DNA of 64,000 nt from Dicyema japonicum (Eukaryota; Animalia; Dicyemida): NCBI GenBank assembly GCA_011109175.1, contig RDEW01000059.1:186001-250000 (forward strand), read 5' to 3'. The position numbers and the translations under genes are program-made. Positions 39,740 through 50,159 of this stretch are shown in pieces (the first letter of the stretch is position 1; every line of letters begins with the position of its first letter). The notes beneath the pieces are model-generated. The model worked only from the letters and a program-made list of their open reading frames with translations. It had not been told where the DNA came from and did no database searches.

Positions 39740-40245
39740 GGTGGTTCCCAACCTGGGTTCCGCGAAATTTATTCTAAATTATTTAATAATAGTTTTTAAT
39801 AACACAAACACGGGATAAAGGTTTCTGATGAAGAGTACACCTCTGTTACCTCTCAACTTGTGGAACTGGCATGCCGTGAGTGTAATATTCCATCATATAA
39901 TGCCTAACACATTTCTTGCTCCTGCCAAACTTCAAGACATTTATCGATGAAGCATCCTCAGTTCTCTTGTAGAACGTTGTGGAGAGGTTGTGGAGAGGCA
40001 ATATAATTGCCGAACATCTTATAAAGCGATGTAAAAAAGATCATCCAAATGGAATAGAGATGGTTGTCATGTGGAAGGGTATTACAAAGTTAGTTCGAAA
40101 TACGAGACGAGCTTGTAGTGTTTCTAAAGAAATTAAATTTTCCAATTTACAAAAATTTGGAAAACATATTTGGTTACAGAGAATTGCATATTTGGTTTCA
40201 ATTTATAAAAAACCGGATCACCTAATGCACTGGAGATCTCCGTGA
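39740..40245 (+). mobile_element. hAT (Charlie/Buster) 5' remnant
   Basis: TIR-like CGGTGGTTCCCAACCT; degenerate BED motif PAKLQ.HLSMKHP. Confidence 0.45.
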
Positions 40246-40886
40246 ACGCCGCTGGCTGTTTGAGAGAATTTAGCTCGCAATTCTGAGGGGGAACAGCCAC
40301 TTAGTGTGGGCGGCAGCTAACTAACTTATGTTTTGTCCTTATGTTTTTTATATTAAAAAAATTAAAAATAAATTATGTAAAACTCAATAAATTTACATTA
40401 TCTCTATAAGAAAATATCAAACTGTTTTTATTTTTTAACGATAAAGTAATGGCGTTAAAACGGAGAATTAATTTTGGCGGTATTTCGTAAATAAAAATAA
40501 CATAACATGCTTTGCCGATTTACGAAAGTATATTGATAATAAGAATGCGCATTGGATGATACAGAACTTAAGAAATCAAAGATCATTAAATAATTTTGGA
40601 TAATGAAATTGCAAAATATTTTCCGAATAAATTTGATGACGATTGGGTTCAAAATGCAATCGAAGATAAAGTGATACCAGAAAATCTTACATCAATTGAA
40701 TATGGACATGTTATTGACATCAGAATCAAGGTAATTCAGATATATAAAAATCAATTTCTTCTTAATTTATAAAGAACATACATTTCGAAATACCCTGAAA
40801 TCCAGGAAAGGGAATACGTACGATAATACCTTTTCCAACAAAAAAAAAGAATAAAAAGAATGGATTAAAAATTAAATTAGTAAAAA

Positions 40887-43800
40887 TTAATTAAAAAAGG
40901 AAAAACGAAGAAGAATAATTCCAAAAATGCTAAAAAAATAAGATAGATATAAACAATTGTTTTTCAAGGATGAATTAGGAGATGCAGTTTTTGATGAAAA
41001 AGGTAATATGGATGAGTGAATTGAGGACAAAGTAAATAAAGTAGTAGATTGAGATTCAGTTGTTGAATTAGAATAAGATTTTAGTTGTTGTTGAACAAAG
41101 GTAAAAGTTTTTGAAGATGTTGAGTCATTGGTGGACTTGTTGTATTCTGAGATTCAGTTATAGAGCAGTCGATGTAGTCGTAGTGTTGGATTGTTAGTAG
41201 TTTGAAAGTTTGTGGTTGATGTTGCATTTGTATAAGCAGTTTGATGTTTGAGTCATTGGTGGACTTGTTGTATTCTGAGATTCAGTTATAGGAGCAGTCG
41301 ATGTTGTCGTAGTGTTGGATTGTTAGTAGTTTGAAAGTTTGTGGTTGATGTTGCATTTGTATAAGCATTTGTAGATGTTTGAGTCATTGGTGGACTTGTT
41401 GTATTCTGAGATTCAGTTATAAGAGCAGTCGATGTTGTCGTAGTGTTTGGATTGTTAGTAGTTTGAAAGTTTGTGGTTGATGTTGCATTTGTATAAGCAT
41501 TTGTAGATGTTTGAGTCATTGGTGGACTTGTTGTATTCTGAGATTCAGTTATAAGAGCAGTCGATGTAGTCGTAGTGTTTGGATTGTTAGTAGTTTGAAA
41601 GTTTGTGGTTGATGTTGCATTTGTATAAGCAGTTGTAGATGTTTGAGTCATTGGTGGACTTGTTGTATTCTGAGATTCAGTTATAAGAGCAGTCGATGTT
41701 GTCGTAGTGTTTGGATTGTTAGTAGTTTGAAAGTTTGTGGTTGATGTTGCATTTGTATAAGCAGTTGTAGATGTTTGAGTCATTGGTGGACTTGTTGTAT
41801 TCTGAGATTCAGTTATAAGAGCAGTCGATGTTGTCGTAGTGTTTGGATTGTTAGTAGTTTGAAAGTTTGTGGTTGATGTTGCATTTGTATAAGCAGTTGT
41901 AGATGTTTGAGTCATTGGTGGACTTGTTGTATTCTGAGATTCAGTTATAAGAGCAGTCGATGTGTCGTAGTGTTTGGATTGTTAGTAGTTTGAAAGTTTG
42001 TGGTTGATGTTGCATTTGTATAAGCAGTTGTAGATGTTTGAGTCATTGGTGGACTTGTTGTATTCTGAGATTCAGTTATAAGAGCAGTCGATGTAGTCGT
42101 AGTGTTTGGATTGTTAGTAGTTTGAAAGTTTGTGGTTGATGTTGCATTTGTATAAGCAATTGTTGATGTTTGAGTCATTGGTGGACTTGTTGTATTCTGA
42201 GATTCAGTTATAGGAGCGTCGATGTAGTCGTAGTGGTTTGGATTGTTAGTAGTTTGAAAGTTTGTGGTTGATGTTGCATTTGTATAAGCAATTGTTGATG
42301 TTTGAGTCATTGGTGGACTTGTTGTATTCTGAGATTCAGTTATAAGAGCAGTCGATGTAGTCGTAGTGTTTGGATTGTTAGTAGTTTGAAAGTTTGTGGT
42401 TGATGTTGCATTTGTATAAGCAATTGTTGATGTTTGAGTCATTGGTGGACTTGTTGTATTCTGAGATTCAGTTATAAGAGCAGTCGATGTAGTCGTAGTG
42501 TTTGGATTGTTAGTAGTTTGAAAGTTTGTGGTTGATGTTGCATTTGTATAAGCAATTGTTGATGTTTGAGTCATTGGTGGACTTGTTGTATTCTGAGATT
42601 CAGTTATAAGAGCAGTCGATGTAGTCGTAGTGTTTGGATTGTTAGTAGTTTGAAAGTTTGTGGTTGATGTTGCATTTGTATAAGCAATTGTTGATGTTTG
42701 AGTCATTGGTGGACTTGTTGTATTCTGAGATTCAGTTATAGGAGCCGTCGATGTAGTCGTAGTGGTTGGATTGTTAGTAGTTTGAAAGTTTGTGGTTGAT
42801 GTTGCATTTGTATAAGCATTGTTGATGTTTGAGTCATTGGTGGACTTGTTGTATTCTGAGATTCAGTTATAAGAGCAGTCGATGTAGTCGTAGTGTTGGA
42901 TTGTTAGTAGTTTGAAAGTTTGTGGTTGATGTTGCATTTGTATAAGCAATTGTTGATGTTTGAGTCATTGGTGGACTTGTTGTATTCTGAGATTCAGTTA
43001 TAGGAGCCGTCGATGTAGTCGTAGTGGTTGGATTGTTAGTAGTTTGAAAGTTTGTGGTTGATGTTGCATTTGTATAAGCAATTGTTGATGTTTGAGTCAT
43101 TGGTGGACTTGTTGTATTCTGAGATTCAGTTATAAGAGCAGTCGATGTAGTCGTAGTGTTTGGATTGTTAGTAGTTTGAAAGTTTGTGGTTGATGTTGCA
43201 TTTGTATAAGCAATTGTTGATGTTTGAGTCATTGGTGGACTTGTTGTATTCTGAGATTCAGTTATAGGAGCGTCGATGTAGTCGTAGTTGGATTGTTAGT
43301 AGTTTGAAAGTTTGTGGTTGATGTTGCATTTGTATAAGCAATTGTGATGTTTGAGTCATTGGTGGACTTGTTGTATTCTGAGATTCAGTTATAGGAGCCG
43401 TCGATGTAGTCGTAGTGGTTGGATTGTTAGTAGTTTGAAAGTTTGTGGTGATGTTGCATTTGTATAAGCAGTTGTTGATGTTTGAGTCATTGGTGGACTT
43501 GTTGTATTCTGAGATTCAGTTATAAGAGCAGTCGATGTAGTCGTAGTGTTTGGATTGTTAGTAGTTTGAAAGTTTGTGGTTGATGTTGCATTTGTATAAG
43601 CAGTTTGATGTTTGAGTCATTGGTGGACTTGTTGTATTCTGAGATTCAGTTATAAGAGCAGTCGATGTAGTCGTAGTGTTGGATTGTTAGTAGTTTGAAA
43701 GTTTGTGGTTGATGTTGCATTTGTATAAGCAATTGTTGATGTTTGAGTCATTGGTAAATTAGTTGTAGTTTGAGACTCTGTTGCTAAATTAGTCGCTTCA

Positions 43801-43932
43801 CGAATTGTTGTTTGATCGTTATTAGTTTGATTTTTTTTGTTTTTTCATTAAAGGTTGTCATATTTGTACATTCTATAAATCTATTTGAAAACTCAATCCA
43901 AATTAAGCAGAATCACTATTTTTAATTTTCAT
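40887..43932 (-). CDS. Thr/Ser/Asn-rich mucin-like surface glycoprotein, putative signal peptide and GPI-type tail; frameshifts probably assembly errors
   Basis: Hydrophobic N-terminus (MKIKIVILL..IWIEFS, frameshifted), unique region CTNMTTFNEKNKKNQTNN...TTNLP, about 20 copies of a 44-aa repeat, then SSKTASPNSSLKNNCLYLSYFFSIFGIILLRFSFFN*. Confidence 0.7.
41120..43757 (-). repeat. Coding tandem repeat, 132-bp unit, about 20 near-identical copies
   Basis: Unit encodes MTQTST(T/I/N)AYTNATSTTNFQTTNNPNTTTTSTA(L/P)ITESQNTTSPP. Directly visible in the sequence. Confidence 0.97.
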
Positions 43933-44179
43933 TAAACCTATTATTCTCAATATATTCATTTTTTCTAAAATTTCGATTGTTTTTACGATTATGTATTTAT
44001 CAATCATTCTTTTTTTCGTATCACTTTTTTGCAATCATTCATAAATACTTTTTTAACCACCAAAATTGATTAACAATTTTTTTAAACTCACTTTTCTCTT
44101 CAAAGCTGCAGATAAACCAAAGTTTCCGAAGCTTGAAACGAAGTTGGTAGAATGGACGGAGATAGTAGAGCAGAGGTTG

Positions 44180-45720
44180 TCAAGAGGTTGTCAAATAATC
44201 TTCTGTTGCGCCCTAGTTCTCTTAGGTCGTCTGCCGAAGTTAGTCTCATACAACCGCCGATAGGTCTCCATTCAAGGTAATCGAAGTGTCGTTTCTTGGC
44301 CTTCCACGGAATCGGCTCCTATGTGTACGAAGTAGTTGTCCATCGCGATCTTTGCGGGGACCTAGTTATTTAGACGTAACACGTGGCCAAGGAAGCTCCA
44401 TCTTTTATTTGAGAATATCAGCTGACAATAAAGGTTTGCATTAGAAATCTTTATAGGTCAGTTGATATTGATTATCGATTTGAGCTGAGCTCTGTGGAAA
44501 AAGTCACGACGGTCTATTTCCCGTTTAGAGATTCCCCAGTCCCAGAGTTGTAGGTTAGTACCGAAATGACAAAAGCTTTGTATACTTTATCCTGGTGTTT
44601 AATTCTGTCCTCTTCTTGTGGCCACATATTGACGATATTTTTTTCAGTGCATTATAGCAAGGATTTTTTTATGAGTAACATCTTCAGAGTCTCCTTTTGT
44701 CTTCTCCATGACTTGTCCGATCAACGATCAGTACTTGTAAGCGTTGTGAACTCCGTTTTGTCGGGATTTACGGATAGAACCATTTCGAAAATATGTGTAG
44801 AGTACGCTGAGCATGTGCTGAAGTGTTTAGTATCTTCAGAGACAAAATCTAGATCGTCCGCATAAATTATCTCTTCATAGTTGTTTCCAGTCAGGATAGC
44901 GAGTCCCCCCCCTGGAATTCCACCTGAAGTCGGAGAAATTTGGAGCTATATTTGCCAATTTCGACAGAAAGAAGAGTGTTCTGCACGTGCAGTCGTATTA
45001 TTTTTAACGTCGTCTGGTAAAGAAAACTTTCAGAATTCCATAAGTTTTCCCCGGTGTACCAAATCGAATGCACGGGACAATCAATGCAAGTATTTCAATA
45101 GATTTTTTTATACTTTTGGCATAGAGCACAATACCCTCTGTGACCCATACTGATTTGTTCACTTTGTTTTATCCGGTGTAATGCAATAAGAGACAGTGTA
45201 TTGGTCTAAGGTTGCAAAGGGGACCTTTAGCTTTCCTGGGTTTTTGTAGTGGTGTTTGCCATCCTTCTCTCAATTCCAACGTATTGTCTTCCTAGAGAGA
45301 CCGATTGAAAACATTAGTGATCATTTTGGCTATCTTCCAGGGAATGTTTTAAAAGTTTTCCAGCCCTTACGTTATATTCCCCAGTGACAAGAAGATAAGA
45401 GGACGAAAGCGATTTGTATATACTCGCAAGAGTAGAGTAAAATTCGTCCAGCTCTTTGATATTTGTCAAGACTCACGTTCCGGTTTGGGCATATAAATTA
45501 TTATGGAGATGGCTGAGTTGATTTTATTTCCGCATTTGATTTTCAGCTCTGCGACAGAGTCAGATGTTGCTCAAACTCTTTTAACACAATGAATCAGGTC
45601 TTTATGGATTACCAACTCTTTTAACACAATGAATCAGGTCTTTATAAATTACAAATGAAAGGTGGAATTTGCCAAAAAGTTTTTTACATTGTACAGTCGT
45701 TTTTGTCTCTTGTAGACAAC
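44180..45720 (-). mobile_element. RTE-like LINE RT relic
   Basis: KPGKAKGP, GIPGGDSLS, IIYADDLDF, LTYNSG.WG, SFLGHVLRL. Confidence 0.7.
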
Positions 45721-45759
45721 AGACAGAGATGTTGTATTTTGTTAGATCACATTTTTTGT

Positions 45760-46690
45760 AAGGTTGTAAGTTTCGGATTTATAAAGTCAAAAATAATCAC
45801 TCTAATTGTGTTTCCAATAATCCCGTCATAAAGTAGTTTGTTCGGTAAAAGAGTCTTGAAAGTTTTCATAATTTCAATATCCATGGATTGAATCAAACCA
45901 ACACTATTTTTGATTGAAACAATATTTTATAAATCCAAAGTTTCCCGGGAAACAAAATCCCGGAGTTGGTCAATTAAGAGTAAAATATGTTTTTTTTCGT
46001 TCTTGAGATGAAGATCAATATTAATCAGCCAATCATAGATATCCAGTAGAAGACGGAGACATACAAGACGGAGAACCTATAGTCATAATTTTTGGTGTTG
46101 TAATAATCACTGGTGGCAACTTGTGCTTTCCAGTCATGTTTGAACAAAGCATAATAAAGACACGACCTTTAAAATTTGTGCAACATTGTAATCGGTTTCT
46201 GCAGATGTTTGGAAAGAGCTTGCATATAATGCAGTTTCATACAGATTATAAAAATGCGTAGAGATTTCTTTAAGTCTTTGTGAGAAGAGCCAATTTGAAG
46301 AGTCTCTTTGAATTTATCCAAAAATCCATAACTCATTTGCAGAAAATGTGACTTTGGTAAATATTAAAGCTTCAGTCAGAAACCCACATAGAAGATCGAT
46401 TTTTGGTAAAATACCCTCTACTATCTCCGTCCATTCTACCAACTTCTCTTCAAGCTTCGGAAACTGGTTTATCTACGTGTTTTAAAGCTGCAGATAAACC
46501 ATCTTCAAGCTTCGGAAACTGGTTTATCTGCAGCTTTAAAACACGTTTGATATTTTTTGGAATCTTTCAATGTCTTCAGTAAAATATTATTTTTTGTTTT
46601 TGCCGATATCGTCATTTGACACAAGCTTGAGAATCTTTCAGATAAATGCTGGAAACAGCATCATTTTTTATAATTTACAAATTGAGTTTT
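45760..46690 (-). mobile_element. pogo/Tigger transposase relic
   Basis: FYNLYETALY, CSNMTG, LIQSMDIEIMKTFK (DDE_1 QPxDxG motif), FPKLEEKLVEW. About 70 bp of it is duplicated in inverted orientation at 44102-44170. Confidence 0.75.
46447..46546. repeat. Nested 28-bp direct repeat and perfect 27-bp inverted repeat
   Basis: Direct repeat TCTTCAAGCTTCGGAAACTGGTTTATCT at 46447 and 46502. Inverted repeat ACGTGTTTTAAAGCTGCAGATAAACCA at 46475-46501 / 46520-46546. Confidence 0.9.
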
Positions 46691-47199
46691 TTTACGAAAA
46701 GTCTGACTCGAGAAGCTCGTAGTGGTCGAATTGTCTCCTGATTAAGTTGGATCAGGTTTCCTCCATAATTCCTTCTGATTAGGATCTCCAAGGGATTCAG
46801 CATAATGTTTTTTTGTACGTAGAGCAAAAGGCGTGTTATGTCTGGAAAATCAACAAGAAGGAATTTTCACCCTAAAACCTGGAAGTTGAAGAGGGAATTG
46901 GTTTGGAAAGTTAACTAGAGGAATTGGAATTTCGATATCTCCCCGGGATTAATCTCCTCATAAACCTCAGTTAGTTTTCCTAATAAAGTTGTGTCTAGTT
47001 GACTGCACGTATGGCGCCATATCATCTGCTTTCTATTCAATCGTTGATCGCAATGACAAGGTTAATTGAATCTCAGGTGGTATGGATTCTGCTAAATGAA
47101 GAAAGTTGGATCCCCCGAGGAGGGTGTGGTCTTATAGCTTAATGTTTCAATGTCGTTTTCTCAGTCAAAAGAGTGTCTGTCAGAACAGATGGAAAATGT

Positions 47200-47495
47200 A
47201 ATTAATAATTAAGCACTACCGCGTTGCCATAAGCACGTAAGATGCCTAGGCTTTCGCTCGTGCAGAACAAACACTTTATTTAAGTAAAGAACAGTTATTA
47301 TAACTAATCGTAGAGGGAGATCCAAGGAATGCTCTTCACTGTTTTTTCTTTTTCTTGTGTGCATGTTCTTTTGACAATCCAGTTCCGCAGTGAGTATCCA
47401 CTGTTGACGGCGTCACTCGTCAAACCCTTTCTGCATCGTAGATGCGTGGAACCTTCCACCAGGTGAACAGCAGCGAGATTCGAACCCGTAAATCC
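47200..47495 (-). mobile_element. SINE family A copy with B-box half of the tRNA head
   Basis: Reverse complement TACGGGTTCGAATCTCGCTGCTGTTCACCTGGTGGAAGGTTCCACGCATCTACGATGCAGAAA is near-identical to 52736-52798 and continues into the full core. Confidence 0.8.
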
Positions 47496-47590
47496 ACAAG
47501 AAATAAATTTTATTTTAATAAATAATAATTTTTGTAATTAAATAATTTTAATAAATAAGATTTTTTTAGACATAAAACAACCTTTAAAAC

Positions 47591-48412
47591 ATGTTCGACC
47601 CAAAATATAAACATCTTCGAGAAGACATAATAGAAGCCATCTCAGAACTACTTTCCATAATGGAGGAACAGATCGATTGGCTTGATGACTTTATTGAAAC
47701 AGTCAAAGAACACGAATTGACAGTTAATATTAGCAAAACTGTATCAACAACTGCTACAGTGGCAAGCACTGCAATGCTTTTCTTCCCACCTACAGCCATC
47801 TTTGGAGCTATTGGTTTGGCTGGGTCGGCTGTTGCTGGATGCGGGGTTTCAGTTTTTGATTACATAAAAAATAAAACAAATTCTACCGACTTGAAAGATA
47901 TTATTGACAAGTCCCGTGCTAGTGAGAAAAAACTTAATAAACTTTACACAACATTGAGCAACTTTGCCGTTAAAATAGCAGATGAGTTGAACATCGACTT
48001 AGAGACGGCATTGGGAATCATCTTCAATGAAGGAATCGGTGGAGTTGTATTTAAAATGGGATTAAGTACGGCTGATATTATAAAAATGATTCCACATCTA
48101 CGTCGTATTGCAGATGTCATGGAATTTGGCTATGGACTTTTTGAGGCTGGATTTGTGGCAAGTGGAACTGGACTTTCTATGGTAGTTGAAGGAGGGCAAG
48201 CATTCTATCAAGTCACTGGAAGCGTTATTTCCAATACTACGAAAGTTATATCGGGAGTAGGAGCAATCTTCAGCGTTGGGGATACAGTCTACTCTTGGAT
48301 TAAGGACAATCCCAACCTTGATTCTGCAAAAAAATGCATAGAAAATATCAGAACAAGAAAGAAAATTCTACAGAGAGAAAGGAAACTGTTTACTAACATG
48401 CCCCAATCATGA
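47591..48412 (+). CDS. Apolipoprotein L-like protein, 273 aa, intronless
   Basis: Clean ORF after an AT-rich leader. Amphipathic N-terminal helix, ApoL-type hydrophobic hairpin NISKTVSTTATVASTAMLFFPPTAIFGAIGLAGSAVAGCGVSVFD, coiled coil, and second hydrophobic segment VISGVGAIFSVGDTV. Confidence 0.7.
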   Translation: MFDPKYKHLREDIIEAISELLSIMEEQIDWLDDFIETVKEHELTVNISKTVSTTATVASTAMLFFPPTAIFGAIGLAGSAVAGCGVSVFDYIKNKTNSTDLKDIIDKSRASEKKLNKLYTTLSNFAVKIADELNIDLETALGIIFNEGIGGVVFKMGLSTADIIKMIPHLRRIADVMEFGYGLFEAGFVASGTGLSMVVEGGQAFYQVTGSVISNTTKVISGVGAIFSVGDTVYSWIKDNPNLDSAKKCIENIRTRKKILQRERKLFTNMPQS

Positions 48413-48859
48413 TTTACTCTCTATTCCTGCTAACTTATTAATATTATATTTTCTGATCTCTCAAATTGATTCCATTAATGAAATTCCTTAAATTTATGGC
48501 TTAAATCGTAATCATGACAGATTGCCACACGGTCAAAGCTTAAAGAAAGTCGAACCGGATGAAGGTTATGGAATGTTATTTTGAATCTTAATTAGAAGAA
48601 ATTGGAATGGTCAAGCTGGGGGAGGGAGCTTACAAAGGGACTCAATATCTCCCAACTATTTACTTGTTGATAAATACATGAAGTGAATATAATTATTATA
48701 GGCAAGATCATGACAAAGCACGTGCAACACGAAAAGGTAACAATCTAATAAACATCGCCCATCTTTATCGATTCGTTGCCATGTTCCGTAGCATATCTAG
48801 AACATCCCCATCTTTAAGGCACTTTCCAATCCTCCTGAGATCTTCATCTAGGATAACCG

Positions 48860-49150
48860 GCAATTGAGTTAATACTAAACATAAAAATCCCATATGTGTA
48901 TATAAATCAAAGTGACCCGTCTATGGTGATGTACGCGACTAATCATCTGCTTTTTATTGATGATTTGAAGATAATTGATGAAAGGGGATATAATTTTAAA
49001 AATGATGGAGGTTATTGATTTCGGTGTTGTTAGTCTTAGAAAATGTGTCAGAGAAACAAAATGCTTGGACGATTGTGCGGATTGTCATTATCTCGGAGTC
49101 TCGTAAGACCGAGGGACTAATGTCATGAAAAATGAAGTCATTGCTGAGAA
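48860..49150 (+). mobile_element. R4-like RT fragment
   Basis: YATNHLLFIDDLK; homologous to 4075-4290. Confidence 0.7.
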
Positions 49151-50159
49151 TTTAATATTGTTTACTTTATATACTAAACACGCCTTTAGAGCATGTGAGT
49201 GACGTCACCAGTTGGTAAGTGAAGAATGACTGGGATACAAATTCAAAAAAAAGAATAACGAATTTGCAAACATTAAATTAATTTATGTTTATTAACATCA
49301 ATTACTCTAGGGAGCTTGAATGGCCTGGCTGTTTCCTCTGACAATATCTATTGAGATATACTCTCGAGGCCATCCAGTCTAGTGTAGATCCTTGAGACCA
49401 TTTTGATCACTGAGCCGATCAGACGAACAAGACCGTACGCTTGTGGTCCAAGAATTCGTGACTTCTCAACAGAAAATGGGACAAATAAATGATCCTCCGA
49501 AATGTTTCAGTACTGAGATAGGCAGAGAATACCCGATTGTTAACTGGTTCAAATTAAACGAATTTCTGCATGGTTTATGAATCATCGAAAACTAGGCGTT
49601 ACACCCCAAAATTAGACATTAAAAGATGTTTTCCTATAATAAGGTACTAAATGTTCCTAGTGGTGGACCAAAATTAATTTTCAGATTCTCCTTGTAAAAA
49701 TGGAACAGTTAGACGGGTTGATGCATTAATTAATTCGCCATTGTAAAAGTTTTAATTTTGCACAAATATTTTTAAATTAATTTTTTTGTTGAAAAATTCC
49801 GTGATTTTTTTCTAGCCGAAATTGAAGGTTATTACAGAATACGTAAATTTTTGTTAAATATGAAATAAGATGAAAATATTGATATTTTATTGTTAAAACA
49901 AAATAAACAAATAAGTTAATACTTCATTCGGAAAAAATTTACCAATCTTTGTGAAAATTAAAGCTTGTCGAAATTATAAAGGGAGACCAATGATCATAGT
50001 ATACATGCTGACTTGATCACATATAGAGGGAGATTGATGATCATAACTTTTGCTGGCTTAATAGAGTTTCAGCATTAAATTTATATGTTCTTTAAAATTG
50101 TTTAAAACTTATAAAATGTGATTTTTAATCAAATGTTATATAGTCTAATAAAGTCAATA

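Noticed and set aside
40455-40860. Possible GPCR-like TM7 fragment (DCILNPIVIKFIRK) on the minus strand
   Set aside because: Stops upstream, low-complexity AT-rich sequence and no other helices recoverable.
41120-43757. Possible CRISPR-like array
   Set aside because: The units are contiguous 132-bp near-identical repeats with no unique spacers, they keep a reading frame, and the context is eukaryotic.
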